Notes: generated from the letters alone by a model not told the origin. 64,000 nt of DNA from Promethearchaeota archaeon (GCA_016839555.1 JAEOUA010000009.1:32001-96000), one strand, 5' to 3'; shown: positions 31,278 to 41,992, numbered from the stretch's first letter. Numbers and translations: made by a program.

Positions 31278-31352
31278 TGCCCGGGTTAAAACCAATAATA
31301 ATGATGGAAAAATAAATCAAAGAAAATAAACAATTAAATAAAGTGATAAAAT

Positions 31353-31865
31353 ATGGTTATGGATTTTGAATTTAGAAAACAAGTTATGGATTATCATCAA
31401 GGGTCTGATGTAATCAAATATTGTTATCAATGTAGTAGATGTACCGATAATTGTCCTGTATCATTTGTTACTGATGAATTATATCAATATGGATATAATC
31501 CCAGACGAAATATTTTAAATGCGTTGCTTGGATATAAGGATAATATCTTTTCAGCGGATCTTATTGCTATTTGGGGTTGTACTGTTTGCGATACCTGCGA
31601 TGAAGTCTGTCCGCAAAATATCGAGCTAACCGAGATATTCACACTACTTAAAAATCAGAGCATTGAAAAGGGAGAGGGCCCTGATTTTATCTTCCAACAA
31701 GCACAAGCTATTTACGAATCTGGAAAAGCAATTCCCTCTCAAGCAGCATTAGAACGGAGAAGAGAGAGTATGGGATTACCTGCGATTATAGCTCCAAATG
31801 TGGATGAATTTCAAATGCTAATGAATAATATGGAAATTAATAAAAAACTCAAAAAAGGTGATTAA
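31353..31865 (+). CDS. hdrC: Heterodisulfide reductase subunit C
   Basis: CYQCSRCTDNCP and CTVCDTCDEVCPQ 4Fe-4S motifs; adjacent to hdrB. Confidence 0.92.
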   Translation: MVMDFEFRKQVMDYHQGSDVIKYCYQCSRCTDNCPVSFVTDELYQYGYNPRRNILNALLGYKDNIFSADLIAIWGCTVCDTCDEVCPQNIELTEIFTLLKNQSIEKGEGPDFIFQQAQAIYESGKAIPSQAALERRRESMGLPAIIAPNVDEFQMLMNNMEINKKLKKGD

Positions 31866-31869
31866 TCAA

Positions 31870-32748
31870 ATGACCGAATTTAAAATGTTTGAAGGATGTA
31901 CGATTGGAAATCGAATTCCGTTTATAGAAGCTTCCACACGTAAAGTGTTCGAAAAACTTGGTATAGAAACCTCAGAAGCGCCCTTTACATGCTGCCCTGA
32001 TCCTACAGGATTTAAAAGTTTTGATGATGATGGATGGCTCGCAATTGGTGCAAATAATCTCTGTTTAGCAGAGCAAGAAAATAAAGATATAATTTCTTTA
32101 TGTAATGGATGTACCAACACTCTTCGAGGAGTTCAGCATCAATTAAAACATAATAGTATCAAAAAAGAACAAATTAATAAACAATTAGCTAAGATCGGAA
32201 AAGAATATAAGGGTACGATTAATGTGAGACATTTTGTCGATGTTTTACGAAAAGATATCGGATTAGAAAAAATTAAAAGTGCACTCATAAAATCTTTAAA
32301 TGGATTAAAGGTTGCATGTCATCCTGGATGCCATTATATGAGACCTAATGAATGGATGGAAACAGATGACGATCCCATGAGACCAAAAACCTTAAAGGAA
32401 TTAGTAGCTGTAACTGGAGCGACTGTAGTAGATTATGAAGAAGAGGCTCTTTGTTGCGGTTCTGCGGTCTCCAACGCATACGAAGAAGTTGGCATGCAGA
32501 ATTTAAAAAGAAAAATGGATAGTATTAAGAAAGCGGGAGCCGATATAATTGTCGTAAATTGTCCAGCATGCTTTCAACAATTTGATACTCAACAGAGAAA
32601 TCTTTCGAAAGCATTTCATGAAGAATACGATATTCCAGTTCTATATTTAACGGAATTATATGCATTAGCGATGGGAGAAAATCCTGATGATCTTGGAATG
32701 CGCTATCATCGCACTAGAATCAAAGACATCGCACCCCTTGGTGTATAA
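31870..32748 (+). CDS. hdrB: Heterodisulfide reductase subunit B
   Basis: TCCPDP, LCNGC, HPGCH, LCCG and NCPACFQQFD CCG-domain motifs; ATG 31870 follows a GGTGA SD. Confidence 0.93.
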   Translation: MTEFKMFEGCTIGNRIPFIEASTRKVFEKLGIETSEAPFTCCPDPTGFKSFDDDGWLAIGANNLCLAEQENKDIISLCNGCTNTLRGVQHQLKHNSIKKEQINKQLAKIGKEYKGTINVRHFVDVLRKDIGLEKIKSALIKSLNGLKVACHPGCHYMRPNEWMETDDDPMRPKTLKELVAVTGATVVDYEEEALCCGSAVSNAYEEVGMQNLKRKMDSIKKAGADIIVVNCPACFQQFDTQQRNLSKAFHEEYDIPVLYLTELYALAMGENPDDLGMRYHRTRIKDIAPLGV

Positions 32749-32935
32749 GAAAACAAAATTTTTAAAAAATTTATTATTTTTTTTTTTTCGCTTATTTTTT
32801 TAAATATCTATTATAATTCTTATAGACTAGAAAAATTAGAATTTTTGAAAATATATCTCATAATAATTAATTTTATTATATTCTTTAAATTACAACATAC
32901 GAGTTAGTACTATTAATCATTTAAGTTAATTTAAA

Positions 32936-33184
32936 ATGTGTTTAGCAATACCTGGAAAGATTATAGAAATATCTTCTGATGGGAATACAGCCACAGTTGA
33001 TTTTGACGGGATTAAGCAAAATATAATCATCGCATTAGCCAAGGATGCTCAAATTGGTAAATATGCAGTAGTACATGCAGGATATGCGATTGAAATCATG
33101 GATGAGAAAGAAGCTTTAACAGCTATTGAACAGTGGAAAGAAATAGCTGAAGATCAAGATTTAGAACTTTCTGATATGCTATAA
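32936..33184 (+). CDS. hypC: Hydrogenase maturation chaperone HypC
   Basis: MCLAIPGKI and VVHAGYAI. Confidence 0.97.
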   Translation: MCLAIPGKIIEISSDGNTATVDFDGIKQNIIIALAKDAQIGKYAVVHAGYAIEIMDEKEALTAIEQWKEIAEDQDLELSDML

Positions 33185-33982
33185 ATCAAAAATCTCTTCT
33201 TTTAATTGCTTTAATTTTAAATATAATCGTCTTATACTTATTAAAGCTTTAGAATTAGGATTATATTCTATAGGAGCTTCTCCTTTTAAATCAGCTTTTC
33301 CAATTTCGGAATCGAAAGGAATTGAATGATAAAGCGGAACATTCCAATTTTCGATACGGCTATTAATTATTTCTAATTGGTTATCATCAATAATTTTATT
33401 AGCAACTAAATAAATGTTGATGATTCCTAATTTTTTAGATAATTCTATAATTTTTCTGCTCAAATCTAAGCTTTTTTGTGATGGTTCAGATATTACTAAC
33501 ATCACGTCAATATCTTTAGCCGTTCCCCTCCCTAAGTGCTCTAAACCTGCTTCAAAATCTACAATAATTACTTCATCTCGCTCTACGAATAAATTATGAA
33601 GCAAAGTTCTTATTAGTGCATTTTCTGGACATAAACATCCCGTGGCAGGTTCTTCAATTCCTCCTAAAACTAGTAGTTGTAATCCGTCTGGTCCGGAGAC
33701 TTTATATTTATCAGGAATATCAGATACCTTTGGATTAATATTATAAACTCCAGGGCCAGCCCCCCTCACTTCTGTTCGCTCTTTGACTAAGTTTTTCATT
33801 TCTGAGATGGGTACAATACTTTCTTTGATCTCTGGAGCAATTCCAAGTGTATAACTTAAATTCATAGCAGAATCATTATCAATTGCTAAAACATTATAAT
33901 TATCTTTAGCAAATAATCTAGCTAAAGTTCCAGCTACAAGCGTCTTCCCAACCCCCCCTTTTCCGCTTACAGCAATCTTAAT
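33179..33982 (-). CDS. cooC: CooC-type nickel-insertion ATPase (probable AUU start)
   Basis: Frame extends upstream of 33865 to (I)KIAVSGKGGVGKT Walker A; GCLCPEN and DFEAGLEHLGRG motifs; ATT at 33982 lies directly after an in-frame TAG and behind AAGGTGG. Confidence 0.9.
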   Translation of the reverse strand: MKIAVSGKGGVGKTLVAGTLARLFAKDNYNVLAIDNDSAMNLSYTLGIAPEIKESIVPISEMKNLVKERTEVRGAGPGVYNINPKVSDIPDKYKVSGPDGLQLLVLGGIEEPATGCLCPENALIRTLLHNLFVERDEVIIVDFEAGLEHLGRGTAKDIDVMLVISEPSQKSLDLSRKIIELSKKLGIINIYLVANKIIDDNQLEIINSRIENWNVPLYHSIPFDSEIGKADLKGEAPIEYNPNSKALISIRRLYLKLKQLKEEIFDL

Positions 33983-34386
33983 CTAAGTCCACCTTCTTTT
34001 GAGAATCCAAATACATATTTAAGATATGATTTTAAATAAATTAAATCTTTAGATTATAGCTTAAAATCTAATCTCTAATTTTTACTTTATTTATTATCTA
34101 AGAAAGAGAAATAAAATTATCTAAAATAATATCCTAATTTCTTATTTCTATTTTTTTCTAAAAAGTGTTCCAAATATGAGTTAAAATTCTTAGTTTCGCG
34201 TTCTTTTAGCTTTATTCTTAATTCTATTAATGAGTTTTTATTTTTAGCCTCATTTTTATTGCTTTTAATCATAACTAAAAAGGAACTTAAATTAAATTAT
34301 TTATATGATATAACAAAAACTTATTATAATAAGAGAAATAGATTTTGAAAAAATAAAGAAATATCTAGATAATATAATTGATTTTC

Positions 34387-35124
34387 ATGATCATTGAATT
34401 ATTAAATGATAATTATACTCAGGAAGAAGCTAAATATCTACAACTTAAATATCGAAAAAAAATCGAAAAAGAAACGATTAAAAAACTTGAATTAAAAGAT
34501 ATCAATGAAATTAAATATATCGTCGGAGTAGACATCTCTTATTTTACTAAAAATGGAAAAGAATTAGGAATCGCTTGTGCTATATTGTGGGATATAAAAA
34601 GAAATGAAATAGTTGAATCCTCTTATTCAAAAGACCAGATAAGATACCCATATATTCCAGGATTCCTTGGTTTTAGAGAATGTAAGTTATTAGTAAACGC
34701 AATTCTAAAGCTTCCTAAAAAATATGAAATTGTTATAACTGATGGTCACGGAATCATTCATCCAAGGAGATTTGGAGAAGCAGTTCATTTAGGTGTTGCA
34801 TTAGAGATTCCCTCTATAGGCATAGCTAAAAATCCATTTATAGGATATTCTAAATGGAAATCCTTACAAAGAAAAAAAGGAAATAAAACCCCCGTATGGA
34901 ATGATAATCCTAACTTATTAAACTCTTCAGAGAAAGAATTATTAGGGTATGCAATTTGTTTAAGAGATCGTTCCAAGCCTGTATTTGTGAGTGAAGGATA
35001 TAAAGTAGATATTGCTCTGGCTATAAGTTTAGTTTTAAAGTTAACAAAAGAACATAGATTACCAGAACCATTATTTTTAGCTGATAAATTCTCCCGTAGA
35101 AAAATAAATTCTCAAAAGAGTTAA
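34387..35124 (+). CDS. nfi: Endonuclease V
   Basis: GVDISY, PYIPGFLGFRE, DGHGIIHPRRFG, PSIGIAK and LPEP. Confidence 0.95.
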   Translation: MIIELLNDNYTQEEAKYLQLKYRKKIEKETIKKLELKDINEIKYIVGVDISYFTKNGKELGIACAILWDIKRNEIVESSYSKDQIRYPYIPGFLGFRECKLLVNAILKLPKKYEIVITDGHGIIHPRRFGEAVHLGVALEIPSIGIAKNPFIGYSKWKSLQRKKGNKTPVWNDNPNLLNSSEKELLGYAICLRDRSKPVFVSEGYKVDIALAISLVLKLTKEHRLPEPLFLADKFSRRKINSQKS

Positions 35125-35298
35125 ATTGTTATTTATTCGTATTTTAAATAAATTCATACAAGAAAAAGAAAGTATTTAATGATTTAGTGAGTTATATCGA
35201 ATAGAATTATATTGAGTTTAAGTATAGAATTTATATTAAATATTTAAATTTAAAAAATATATAAAGAATTAAAAAAAACATAGATTACATTCATAAAA

Positions 35299-35805
35299 TT
35301 GGAAAATTATAAAAGATCAAAAGAATGGTTAAAACTTTCTTTTAATAATCTGGAAAAAGTTATAGCTTTTTATAAGATTAAAGAATATGATGCTTGCGTA
35401 TTTAGAATTCAATTATCTATTGAGCAATTTCAAAAATCCTTGTTATTTTTATTGGGATTTCAAATCAGGAAAACTCATGAACCGTCAAAGATTTTAGATT
35501 CCTTAATTTATAATGATCAAATTCAAGTTAAAAAACAAATACTAGATAAATTCAAAAAACTAACGAAGTTAGCAAAAGTAATCGAAAAAGAAGAAACTTC
35601 AACTAGATATGGAATAATACGGAATAATAAATTAATCTCCCCAAAAAAATTATATGACAAAACTAAAGCAATAGAGTTTCTTAATATTTTAGTTAAATTT
35701 TTAATAGTTATCAAAGAAATTTTAATAAATATCTCTGAATTTTCTAACCAAATTAAAATTTTAGATAAATCTATCAGTAAAATTAGACTTTTAATAGAGG
35801 AATAA
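35299..35805 (+). CDS. HEPN domain protein (putative toxin/RNase)
   Basis: CVFRIQLSIEQFQKSLL, RKTH and TRY patterns; directly upstream of a minimal nucleotidyltransferase. Confidence 0.82.
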   Translation: MENYKRSKEWLKLSFNNLEKVIAFYKIKEYDACVFRIQLSIEQFQKSLLFLLGFQIRKTHEPSKILDSLIYNDQIQVKKQILDKFKKLTKLAKVIEKEETSTRYGIIRNNKLISPKKLYDKTKAIEFLNILVKFLIVIKEILINISEFSNQIKILDKSISKIRLLIEE

Positions 35806-35810
35806 AGAAA

Positions 35811-36305
35811 ATGAAAAAAGATATCCCATTTGATTTAGCATTTATTCAAATCGAATATTATAAAAACAAATTACATAATTATCTTGAACATATTTTTAAC
35901 CAAAATTTAGATATAATTGGCATATTACTTTTTGGCTCAGTTGCTAAAAATACAGCTAGGAATGATGAATTTTATACAAGTGACATTGATATTATTATTA
36001 TTTGTGAAAACCTTCCATCAGGAATATGGAAACGGAAAAAATTTATTCTCAAAAAAACTAAAGAAGTCTGCTCTGGCATTCAAGATTTTTGGTGGACGTT
36101 AAAGGAATTTTGGTCTCTATTAGAATCAAAATTTTTTCTTCTCTTAGATGCATTTGATGAGGGAATAATTCTTTATGATCCAAAAGATATTTTAAAAAAC
36201 TTAAAAGAAAAATTATTTAAAGATTTAAAGGTAAAAGGAGTAATAAAAACAGATCTCTATTGGCAATGGCCAATTAAAAATTTTGGAGATAAAATAGATT
36301 TTTAA
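35811..36305 (+). CDS. Minimal nucleotidyltransferase (MNT, putative antitoxin)
   Basis: LLFGSVAK...SDIDIII and EGIILYD. Confidence 0.88.
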   Translation: MKKDIPFDLAFIQIEYYKNKLHNYLEHIFNQNLDIIGILLFGSVAKNTARNDEFYTSDIDIIIICENLPSGIWKRKKFILKKTKEVCSGIQDFWWTLKEFWSLLESKFFLLLDAFDEGIILYDPKDILKNLKEKLFKDLKVKGVIKTDLYWQWPIKNFGDKIDF

Positions 36306-36361
36306 ATATTCAATTCTTGAGGTTGGAAAGTTAAAAATAATATTAATTTATAATACAAATC

Positions 36362-37729
36362 TTATTCATTTTCCAAAATTCGTTTTGCTGCTTTTCTCAC
36401 ATCAACATCAGAATCGTTAAGGAATGCTTTCATAACATCATTAATTCCCTCGAAATCCCTAAAATTTCCCAAGGCTTTTACTAAATAGAAGCGAACTAAC
36501 CAATCTTTATCATAAAGTAAATCGATAAGCGTGTTAAATACTTTAATAGTTTTAACTTTACTTAAGACCTTAATCGTAAATCTTCTAATTTCAGGGATAT
36601 CATGATATAAATCTTGGATTAGGAGATCTATAAGTCTCTCTTTATTAAACTCATTCATAATACTAAACATTCGCTCTATGAGTAGTCTTTGATATATCTC
36701 AGGTAAATTTTCTGCGCAGATTCCTTTTGATTGTAAATTCTGAAGATTTTGAATATTATTTTCTGGAAATGTTTTTAAAATTTTTATCTTCTCCTCATCA
36801 ACTTCACTAGGTTCTGAGATATTTTCAAAATGTTGAACTCCCAAAGATTTTTGCATATCTTGATTAATATTAGTTAATTTCTGAATGTTTTGTTTTAATT
36901 CAATAATTTGATTCTCCTTATATTGAACAGAATTTTCTAAACCAGAAATTAATTGCTCATAATGTTGTATTTTATCATTTAAAATTTGCTTTTCTTTTTC
37001 AAACTGGTCTTTAAATTCTTCAACTAATTCAATATGATCAACTTTTTTATGGAGCTTTTCATTAACTTTATCTAATTCCTCTTCTAAATATACTACTTGG
37101 ACTTTTAAATCTTCATTTTCTTGCTTTAAATTTTCAATACGATTATAAGCTTCAGAAAATTCATCAGCAATTTGAACCTGTGAACCATCAGATTGTTTAC
37201 TTTTCTCTAATTCCTCTTGGAAATAAGATACTTGAGAATTCAATTTTTTTTTTTCTTGTTCTAATTCTTCGATTTTCTCATTCGCTATATTTAATTTGAC
37301 TAGAAGATGTTCTTGCTGATCATTTTCTTTTAAGTATTCGAGTTCAGATTTTATTGATTCTATTTCAGCTATGGTATTTTGCTTTTCTTCAAGTTTTTGA
37401 ATATTTACTTTTTGTGATAACATACTATCTCTTTCTTGCAATTGATCGGTTAATTCCATAACACTTTGTCTCAATATGACAATTTGCTCTTCTTTTTCGT
37501 TTAATTCCTCTCTTTGAGATATCACTAATTCTTTTAAGATTTGAACATCCTCTGGAGTTTCCTCAAATTTAGGTATCTTATTACTTAATTCCTCTATTAT
37601 TTTCTTTTGTTCATTTATGGTAAATCGTAATCTTTTCCTCTCTTCCGTTAGAAAATCAATTCTTTCTTCAAGTTGAGCTCTAGTTTTGTTTCGTTCCTCA
37701 ACCCTATCAATTAAATCCTTTAAGTCCAT
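36362..37729 (-). CDS. Long coiled-coil protein with C-terminal HEAT repeats
   Basis: About 300 aa E/K/Q/L heptad region followed by DIPEIRRF, DKDWLVRFYLVKALG and DSDVDVRKAA repeats. Confidence 0.8.
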   Translation of the reverse strand: MDLKDLIDRVEERNKTRAQLEERIDFLTEERKRLRFTINEQKKIIEELSNKIPKFEETPEDVQILKELVISQREELNEKEEQIVILRQSVMELTDQLQERDSMLSQKVNIQKLEEKQNTIAEIESIKSELEYLKENDQQEHLLVKLNIANEKIEELEQEKKKLNSQVSYFQEELEKSKQSDGSQVQIADEFSEAYNRIENLKQENEDLKVQVVYLEEELDKVNEKLHKKVDHIELVEEFKDQFEKEKQILNDKIQHYEQLISGLENSVQYKENQIIELKQNIQKLTNINQDMQKSLGVQHFENISEPSEVDEEKIKILKTFPENNIQNLQNLQSKGICAENLPEIYQRLLIERMFSIMNEFNKERLIDLLIQDLYHDIPEIRRFTIKVLSKVKTIKVFNTLIDLLYDKDWLVRFYLVKALGNFRDFEGINDVMKAFLNDSDVDVRKAAKRILENE

Positions 37730-37844
37730 AAAAAGTTTCCTAAAAAATCTTTAGAAGTAATTTAGTTGGTAATTAATTTATATAGAGTGCTTTTCATATT
37801 TATTTTTAGCGATTAAATCAAATTGCTAAATAAATAAAAAAAAA

Positions 37845-38321
37845 TTATAATAATTTAATTTCTAGAATTTTATCCCCTTGTTCAATAGAATCAACGACTG
37901 CTTGATCTCTCTCACTAATCACTTCTCCGAAAATTGTGTGTTTATTATTTAAGTGAGGTGTAGGTACATGCGTAATAAAAAATTGGGAGCCATTAGTGTT
38001 GGATCCTGCGTTTGCCATTGCTAAGATGCCCGGCTTATTGAATTTTTTTCCACTTTGGAATTCATCTTCAAAGGGATATGAAATTTGTGTTCCTTGAAAT
38101 GGAAAAAAAGTTATTCCTTTTTGTTTGGGACCTCCTCTACCCGTTCCTGTGGGATCTCCACCTTGAATCATAAAATCATTAATAACTCGATGAAAGGTAA
38201 CTCCATTATAGAATCCCACCTTAGCAAGATATAAAAAGCTGGCAACGGTTTTAGGAGCATCATTATCAAATAACTTTAAATTAATATCTCCTTTTTCTGT
38301 TTTTATAGTTATATTTGACAT
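37845..38321 (-). CDS. Cyclophilin-type peptidyl-prolyl isomerase
   Basis: [44 protein letters not shown] and HTIFG. Confidence 0.96.
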   Translation of the reverse strand: MSNITIKTEKGDINLKLFDNDAPKTVASFLYLAKVGFYNGVTFHRVINDFMIQGGDPTGTGRGGPKQKGITFFPFQGTQISYPFEDEFQSGKKFNKPGILAMANAGSNTNGSQFFITHVPTPHLNNKHTIFGEVISERDQAVVDSIEQGDKILEIKLL

Positions 38322-38518
38322 AGTGTCTCAACTTTAATTTTTAAAAATCTTTTGGAATTAAAAATATTTTTAATTTTATTATAGCAGATTATTTTTAAAT
38401 TAAGATTCTTAATGAATTCCATTTTGCTTTGTAATTCAAAATTGAAATGTTCTTTCTTCTTAATTATTTCTGTTTTATTAATATTTTTTTAGCCTTCCTT
38501 TTTAATAAAGTAATAACT

Positions 38519-38559
38519 AATAAAAATTACTTTTAAAAGCAATAAAAATTACTTTTAAA
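38519..38559 (+). repeat. 19-bp direct repeat (22-bp period) upstream of the ACD gene
   Basis: AATAAAAATTACTTTTAAA at 38519-38537 and 38541-38559. Confidence 0.6.
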
Positions 38560-38590
38560 TTAAATAATTATTTTAGATAGCAGATTCATC

Positions 38591-40753
38591 ATGCTAAATC
38601 GCGATATATCGTATTTTTTTGACCCAAAAAGTATTGCAGTAATCGGAGCAAGCAACAAAGAAGGAAAAGTTGGTCATACGGTATTCAAGAATATAATTAA
38701 TTCTAAATTTAAATATAAAAAGCAAATATATCCCATAAACCCAAATTATGAGGAAATCTTAGGATATAAAGCATATGAAAGCGTTTTAGATGTACCTAAT
38801 GAAATCGACATTGCGATTTTTGTTATTCCTGGTAAATATGTTGTGCCTATAGCTGAAGAATGCGGAAAAAAAGGGATTAAAGGATTAATTGTAATTTCTG
38901 CGGGATTTAAGGAAATCGGTAGCGAAGGGGCAGAAAGAGAGGAGGAGCTGAAGGAAGTAGCTAATAAATATAGTATGCGCGTTTTGGGACCGAATTGTTT
39001 AGGAATAATTGGGTTGAATTATAATGGCTCTTTTACTATTGATACCCCAAAAAAGGGGAATATAGCAATGATATCTCAATCTGGGGCAATGCTAGTGGGA
39101 TTAATAGATATTTCAATGAACGAAAGTTATGGCTTTTGTTGTAATATTAGCTTAGGTAATAAGGCAGATTTAAGTGCTGTAGATTTTATTGAATATTTAG
39201 CCGATGATGAGGATGCTAAGGTGATCTTATGTTATTTAGAAAGTATTAAAGATGGTAAACGATTTTTAGAGGTTGTACCTAAAACAGCAAGAAAAAAACC
39301 CATTGTTATTTTAAAGGCGGGTGTAAGTCAAGCTGGTGCAAGAGCCGCATCAAGCCATACTGGAGCATTAGCAGGTTCAGATAAAGCTTACGACTTAGCT
39401 TTTGAGAAATGTGGGGTTATTAGAGCGCATACTATTGAAGATTTATTTGATTATGGAGAAATTTTTCTTTTTCAACCAATACCTCAAAAAAATTCTTTTG
39501 CAATTATCACTAATGCTGGTGGACCAGGAATTGTAGCTACTGATGCGTTTTCGAACGAAGATTTAAAATTTGCAGAATTTTCCGAGAGAATTTTACATGA
39601 TTTGCGAGAACATTTACCTCAAGAGGCCGCAATATTTAATCCCATTGATATTGTTGGTGACGCTCCTCCAGAAAGATATGAATTTACACTAAAGACTGTT
39701 TTTGGAATTAATAGTAAGGTCGAAAAAAATCTGGGAAATCAAATTAATACTTATGGAGCTTTAGTAATTTTGACTCCACAAGCTCAAACAAAGCCAACAC
39801 AAGTAGCAAAAATCATTAAAAATATTTCCCATACGTATTTGAAAGATAAGCCTCTTATTTGTTCTTTTATAGGCGATAAGTCAATTGCGGAGGGAAGAAA
39901 ATACTTAAAAGACAATAAAATACCTTGTTATCAATTTCCTGATAGAGGCGCTCGCTCGTTAAAAACATTACTTAAAAGGAGAGCATTTTTGGAAGAACTG
40001 CCTCTGGAAGAGCGCACATTTCCAGACTTCGAAGTAAACAAAACAAGAGTACTTGAAATAATTGAAGAAGCGAGAAATGATGGGCGAAAGGTTTTATTAG
40101 GAATAGAAACTGCGGAAATTTTTAAATGTTACGGAATTCAATCTCCAAAATCGAAATTAGTATATACTCCGAAAGAAGCCATGGATACTCAACCACAAAT
40201 AGGGAAAACTATTATGAAAATTGTGAGTCCTCAGATTATTCACAAAACTGATATTGGAGGAATTGTAATGAACATAGAAACTCCCGAACAAGCATTTGAA
40301 GCCTATATCCAAATAGTAGACAATGTCAAAAAATTCGGTCCTCAAAATGCTAAAATCTATGGAGTAGAACTTCAAGAAATGATCAACTTTGATGAAAAAG
40401 AAAAAGTAAATGAATTAATTTTGGGAATGTCTCAAGATCCCCAATTTGGACCTATGTTAATGTTTGGTGCTGGAGGGATCTATGCAAATTATCTGAAAGA
40501 TGTTTCCTTTATGCTCTCTTATAAATTTACCGAAGATGATGCAAGAAAAATGCTTCAAGAAACGAAAATATACAGAATTCTCCAAGGAGTGAGAGGTGAG
40601 CCATCGTCGGATATTGAGGCCGTAATAGAAGTCTTACAGCGGCTTTCTAAATTAGTCAATGATATTCCAGATATTGTTGAATTAGATATCAATCCTTTAG
40701 TGGTTTTCGTTAAAGGTTATTCTGCTTTGGATATAAAAATTACAATAAAATGA
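38591..40753 (+). CDS. ADP-forming acyl-CoA synthetase (fused alpha/beta ACD)
   Basis: PKSIAVIGAS, GPNCLG, SQSGA, SHTGALAG phospho-His, NAGGPG, HKTDIGG and LDINPL. Confidence 0.93.
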   Translation: MLNRDISYFFDPKSIAVIGASNKEGKVGHTVFKNIINSKFKYKKQIYPINPNYEEILGYKAYESVLDVPNEIDIAIFVIPGKYVVPIAEECGKKGIKGLIVISAGFKEIGSEGAEREEELKEVANKYSMRVLGPNCLGIIGLNYNGSFTIDTPKKGNIAMISQSGAMLVGLIDISMNESYGFCCNISLGNKADLSAVDFIEYLADDEDAKVILCYLESIKDGKRFLEVVPKTARKKPIVILKAGVSQAGARAASSHTGALAGSDKAYDLAFEKCGVIRAHTIEDLFDYGEIFLFQPIPQKNSFAIITNAGGPGIVATDAFSNEDLKFAEFSERILHDLREHLPQEAAIFNPIDIVGDAPPERYEFTLKTVFGINSKVEKNLGNQINTYGALVILTPQAQTKPTQVAKIIKNISHTYLKDKPLICSFIGDKSIAEGRKYLKDNKIPCYQFPDRGARSLKTLLKRRAFLEELPLEERTFPDFEVNKTRVLEIIEEARNDGRKVLLGIETAEIFKCYGIQSPKSKLVYTPKEAMDTQPQIGKTIMKIVSPQIIHKTDIGGIVMNIETPEQAFEAYIQIVDNVKKFGPQNAKIYGVELQEMINFDEKEKVNELILGMSQDPQFGPMLMFGAGGIYANYLKDVSFMLSYKFTEDDARKMLQETKIYRILQGVRGEPSSDIEAVIEVLQRLSKLVNDIPDIVELDINPLVVFVKGYSALDIKITIK

Positions 40754-40839
40754 AGATTAACATAAAATAGAAAAATAAAATAATAAAAAATTCAAAAAAA
40801 TATTATAAATTATAGTATTACATTATAAAGAGGATCAAA

Positions 40840-41904
40840 ATGGTAAAAGGAATCTATTTATGTTCATTAGAAGAACGTGTCGGAAAGACTTTATTATCAA
40901 TTGGGATTATCAAAAAATTACAAAACGAAGGAAAAAAAGTGGGATATTATAAACCCATTGGAACTCCAAAAGCACCTTTTTCAAATAAGGCAGATCCAGA
41001 CGTGGGGTTTCTGCAAAGTTGTGTGGAAATTGCAGAAATTCCGTATGATATTTTGTCGCCAGTATCCATTCCCGATTGTTATTATGTAGATTTAATCACT
41101 GCCGATAAAAAGGAAATATTTCGAAAGAATATTAAAAAAGCATATCAAAAGGTCTCTCAAGAATATGACTATATCATAATTGAAGGATCTCAGAGCATAA
41201 AGAAATATATTCGAGTAGGAGTAGATGATGTGAGTATTGCTCAAGTACTTGGTATTAATGAATTGGTCTATATTGAGACAGAATCTTCAGATAAGTGTAT
41301 AGATAATATCTTTTTTACTAAAAAATATTTTGATTATAGGAATATAAATATTAAGGGGATTATTTTCAATAAAATTGATTTTGATTATTTTCCGAGGATA
41401 AATGAGTTAAAAGAACAACATATCATCAGATATAATATTCCTATTATTGGAATTATCGAGAAAACTCTTGAATTATTATCTCCTAGAGTCGCTGAAATTA
41501 AAGAAGTAATAGGAGGGAATTTATTAAATGAAGCTACTTCTGATGCTCTTAGTAACTTAGTGGAAACATACTTAATTGGGGCGATGGGGCCTCAAGCTGC
41601 CTTAAAATACCTTAGACAGGTTAAAAATGCCGCTTTTATCACAGGGGGAGATCGAACGGATTTAGCAATGGCTGCCCTCAACGAAAATGTGTCTGTATTG
41701 ATTTTAACGGGGTTTATAAGACCGGATACCTCTGTTATAACAAAAGCAAATCAAAAAAATATCCCAATTCTATTATCACCGTCAGATACTTATACCACTT
41801 TAATGAATATGGAAAAAGTTAAACCCGGTATTCAAGAAGAGGAAATAAGCTTAGTTTTAAAGTTAGTAGAGGAAAACCTTGATTGGGATGTGCTTTTAAA
41901 ATAA
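40840..41904 (+). CDS. Pta N-terminal-like (BioD-like P-loop plus DRTGG) protein
   Basis: GKTLLSIG, GYYKPIG, IIEG and ITGGDRTDL; no Pta catalytic domain. Confidence 0.88.
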   Translation: MVKGIYLCSLEERVGKTLLSIGIIKKLQNEGKKVGYYKPIGTPKAPFSNKADPDVGFLQSCVEIAEIPYDILSPVSIPDCYYVDLITADKKEIFRKNIKKAYQKVSQEYDYIIIEGSQSIKKYIRVGVDDVSIAQVLGINELVYIETESSDKCIDNIFFTKKYFDYRNINIKGIIFNKIDFDYFPRINELKEQHIIRYNIPIIGIIEKTLELLSPRVAEIKEVIGGNLLNEATSDALSNLVETYLIGAMGPQAALKYLRQVKNAAFITGGDRTDLAMAALNENVSVLILTGFIRPDTSVITKANQKNIPILLSPSDTYTTLMNMEKVKPGIQEEEISLVLKLVEENLDWDVLLK

Positions 41905-41992
41905 TTAAAATAAATGATTTCTCTTTTAGCCTATTTCTATTTGAAAATCTAAGATAAAATTTTGTTAATTTTAATAAATGGATTAAGAGGAT

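Noticed and set aside
31267-31310. Second SECIS starting at AUGA 31267
   Set aside because: No helix II closed by a GA at suitable spacing; this AUGA supplies the 3' GA of the first element.
35299-36305. HEPN-MNT pair as a novel defence system
   Set aside because: A common archaeal toxin-antitoxin module; listed as features only.
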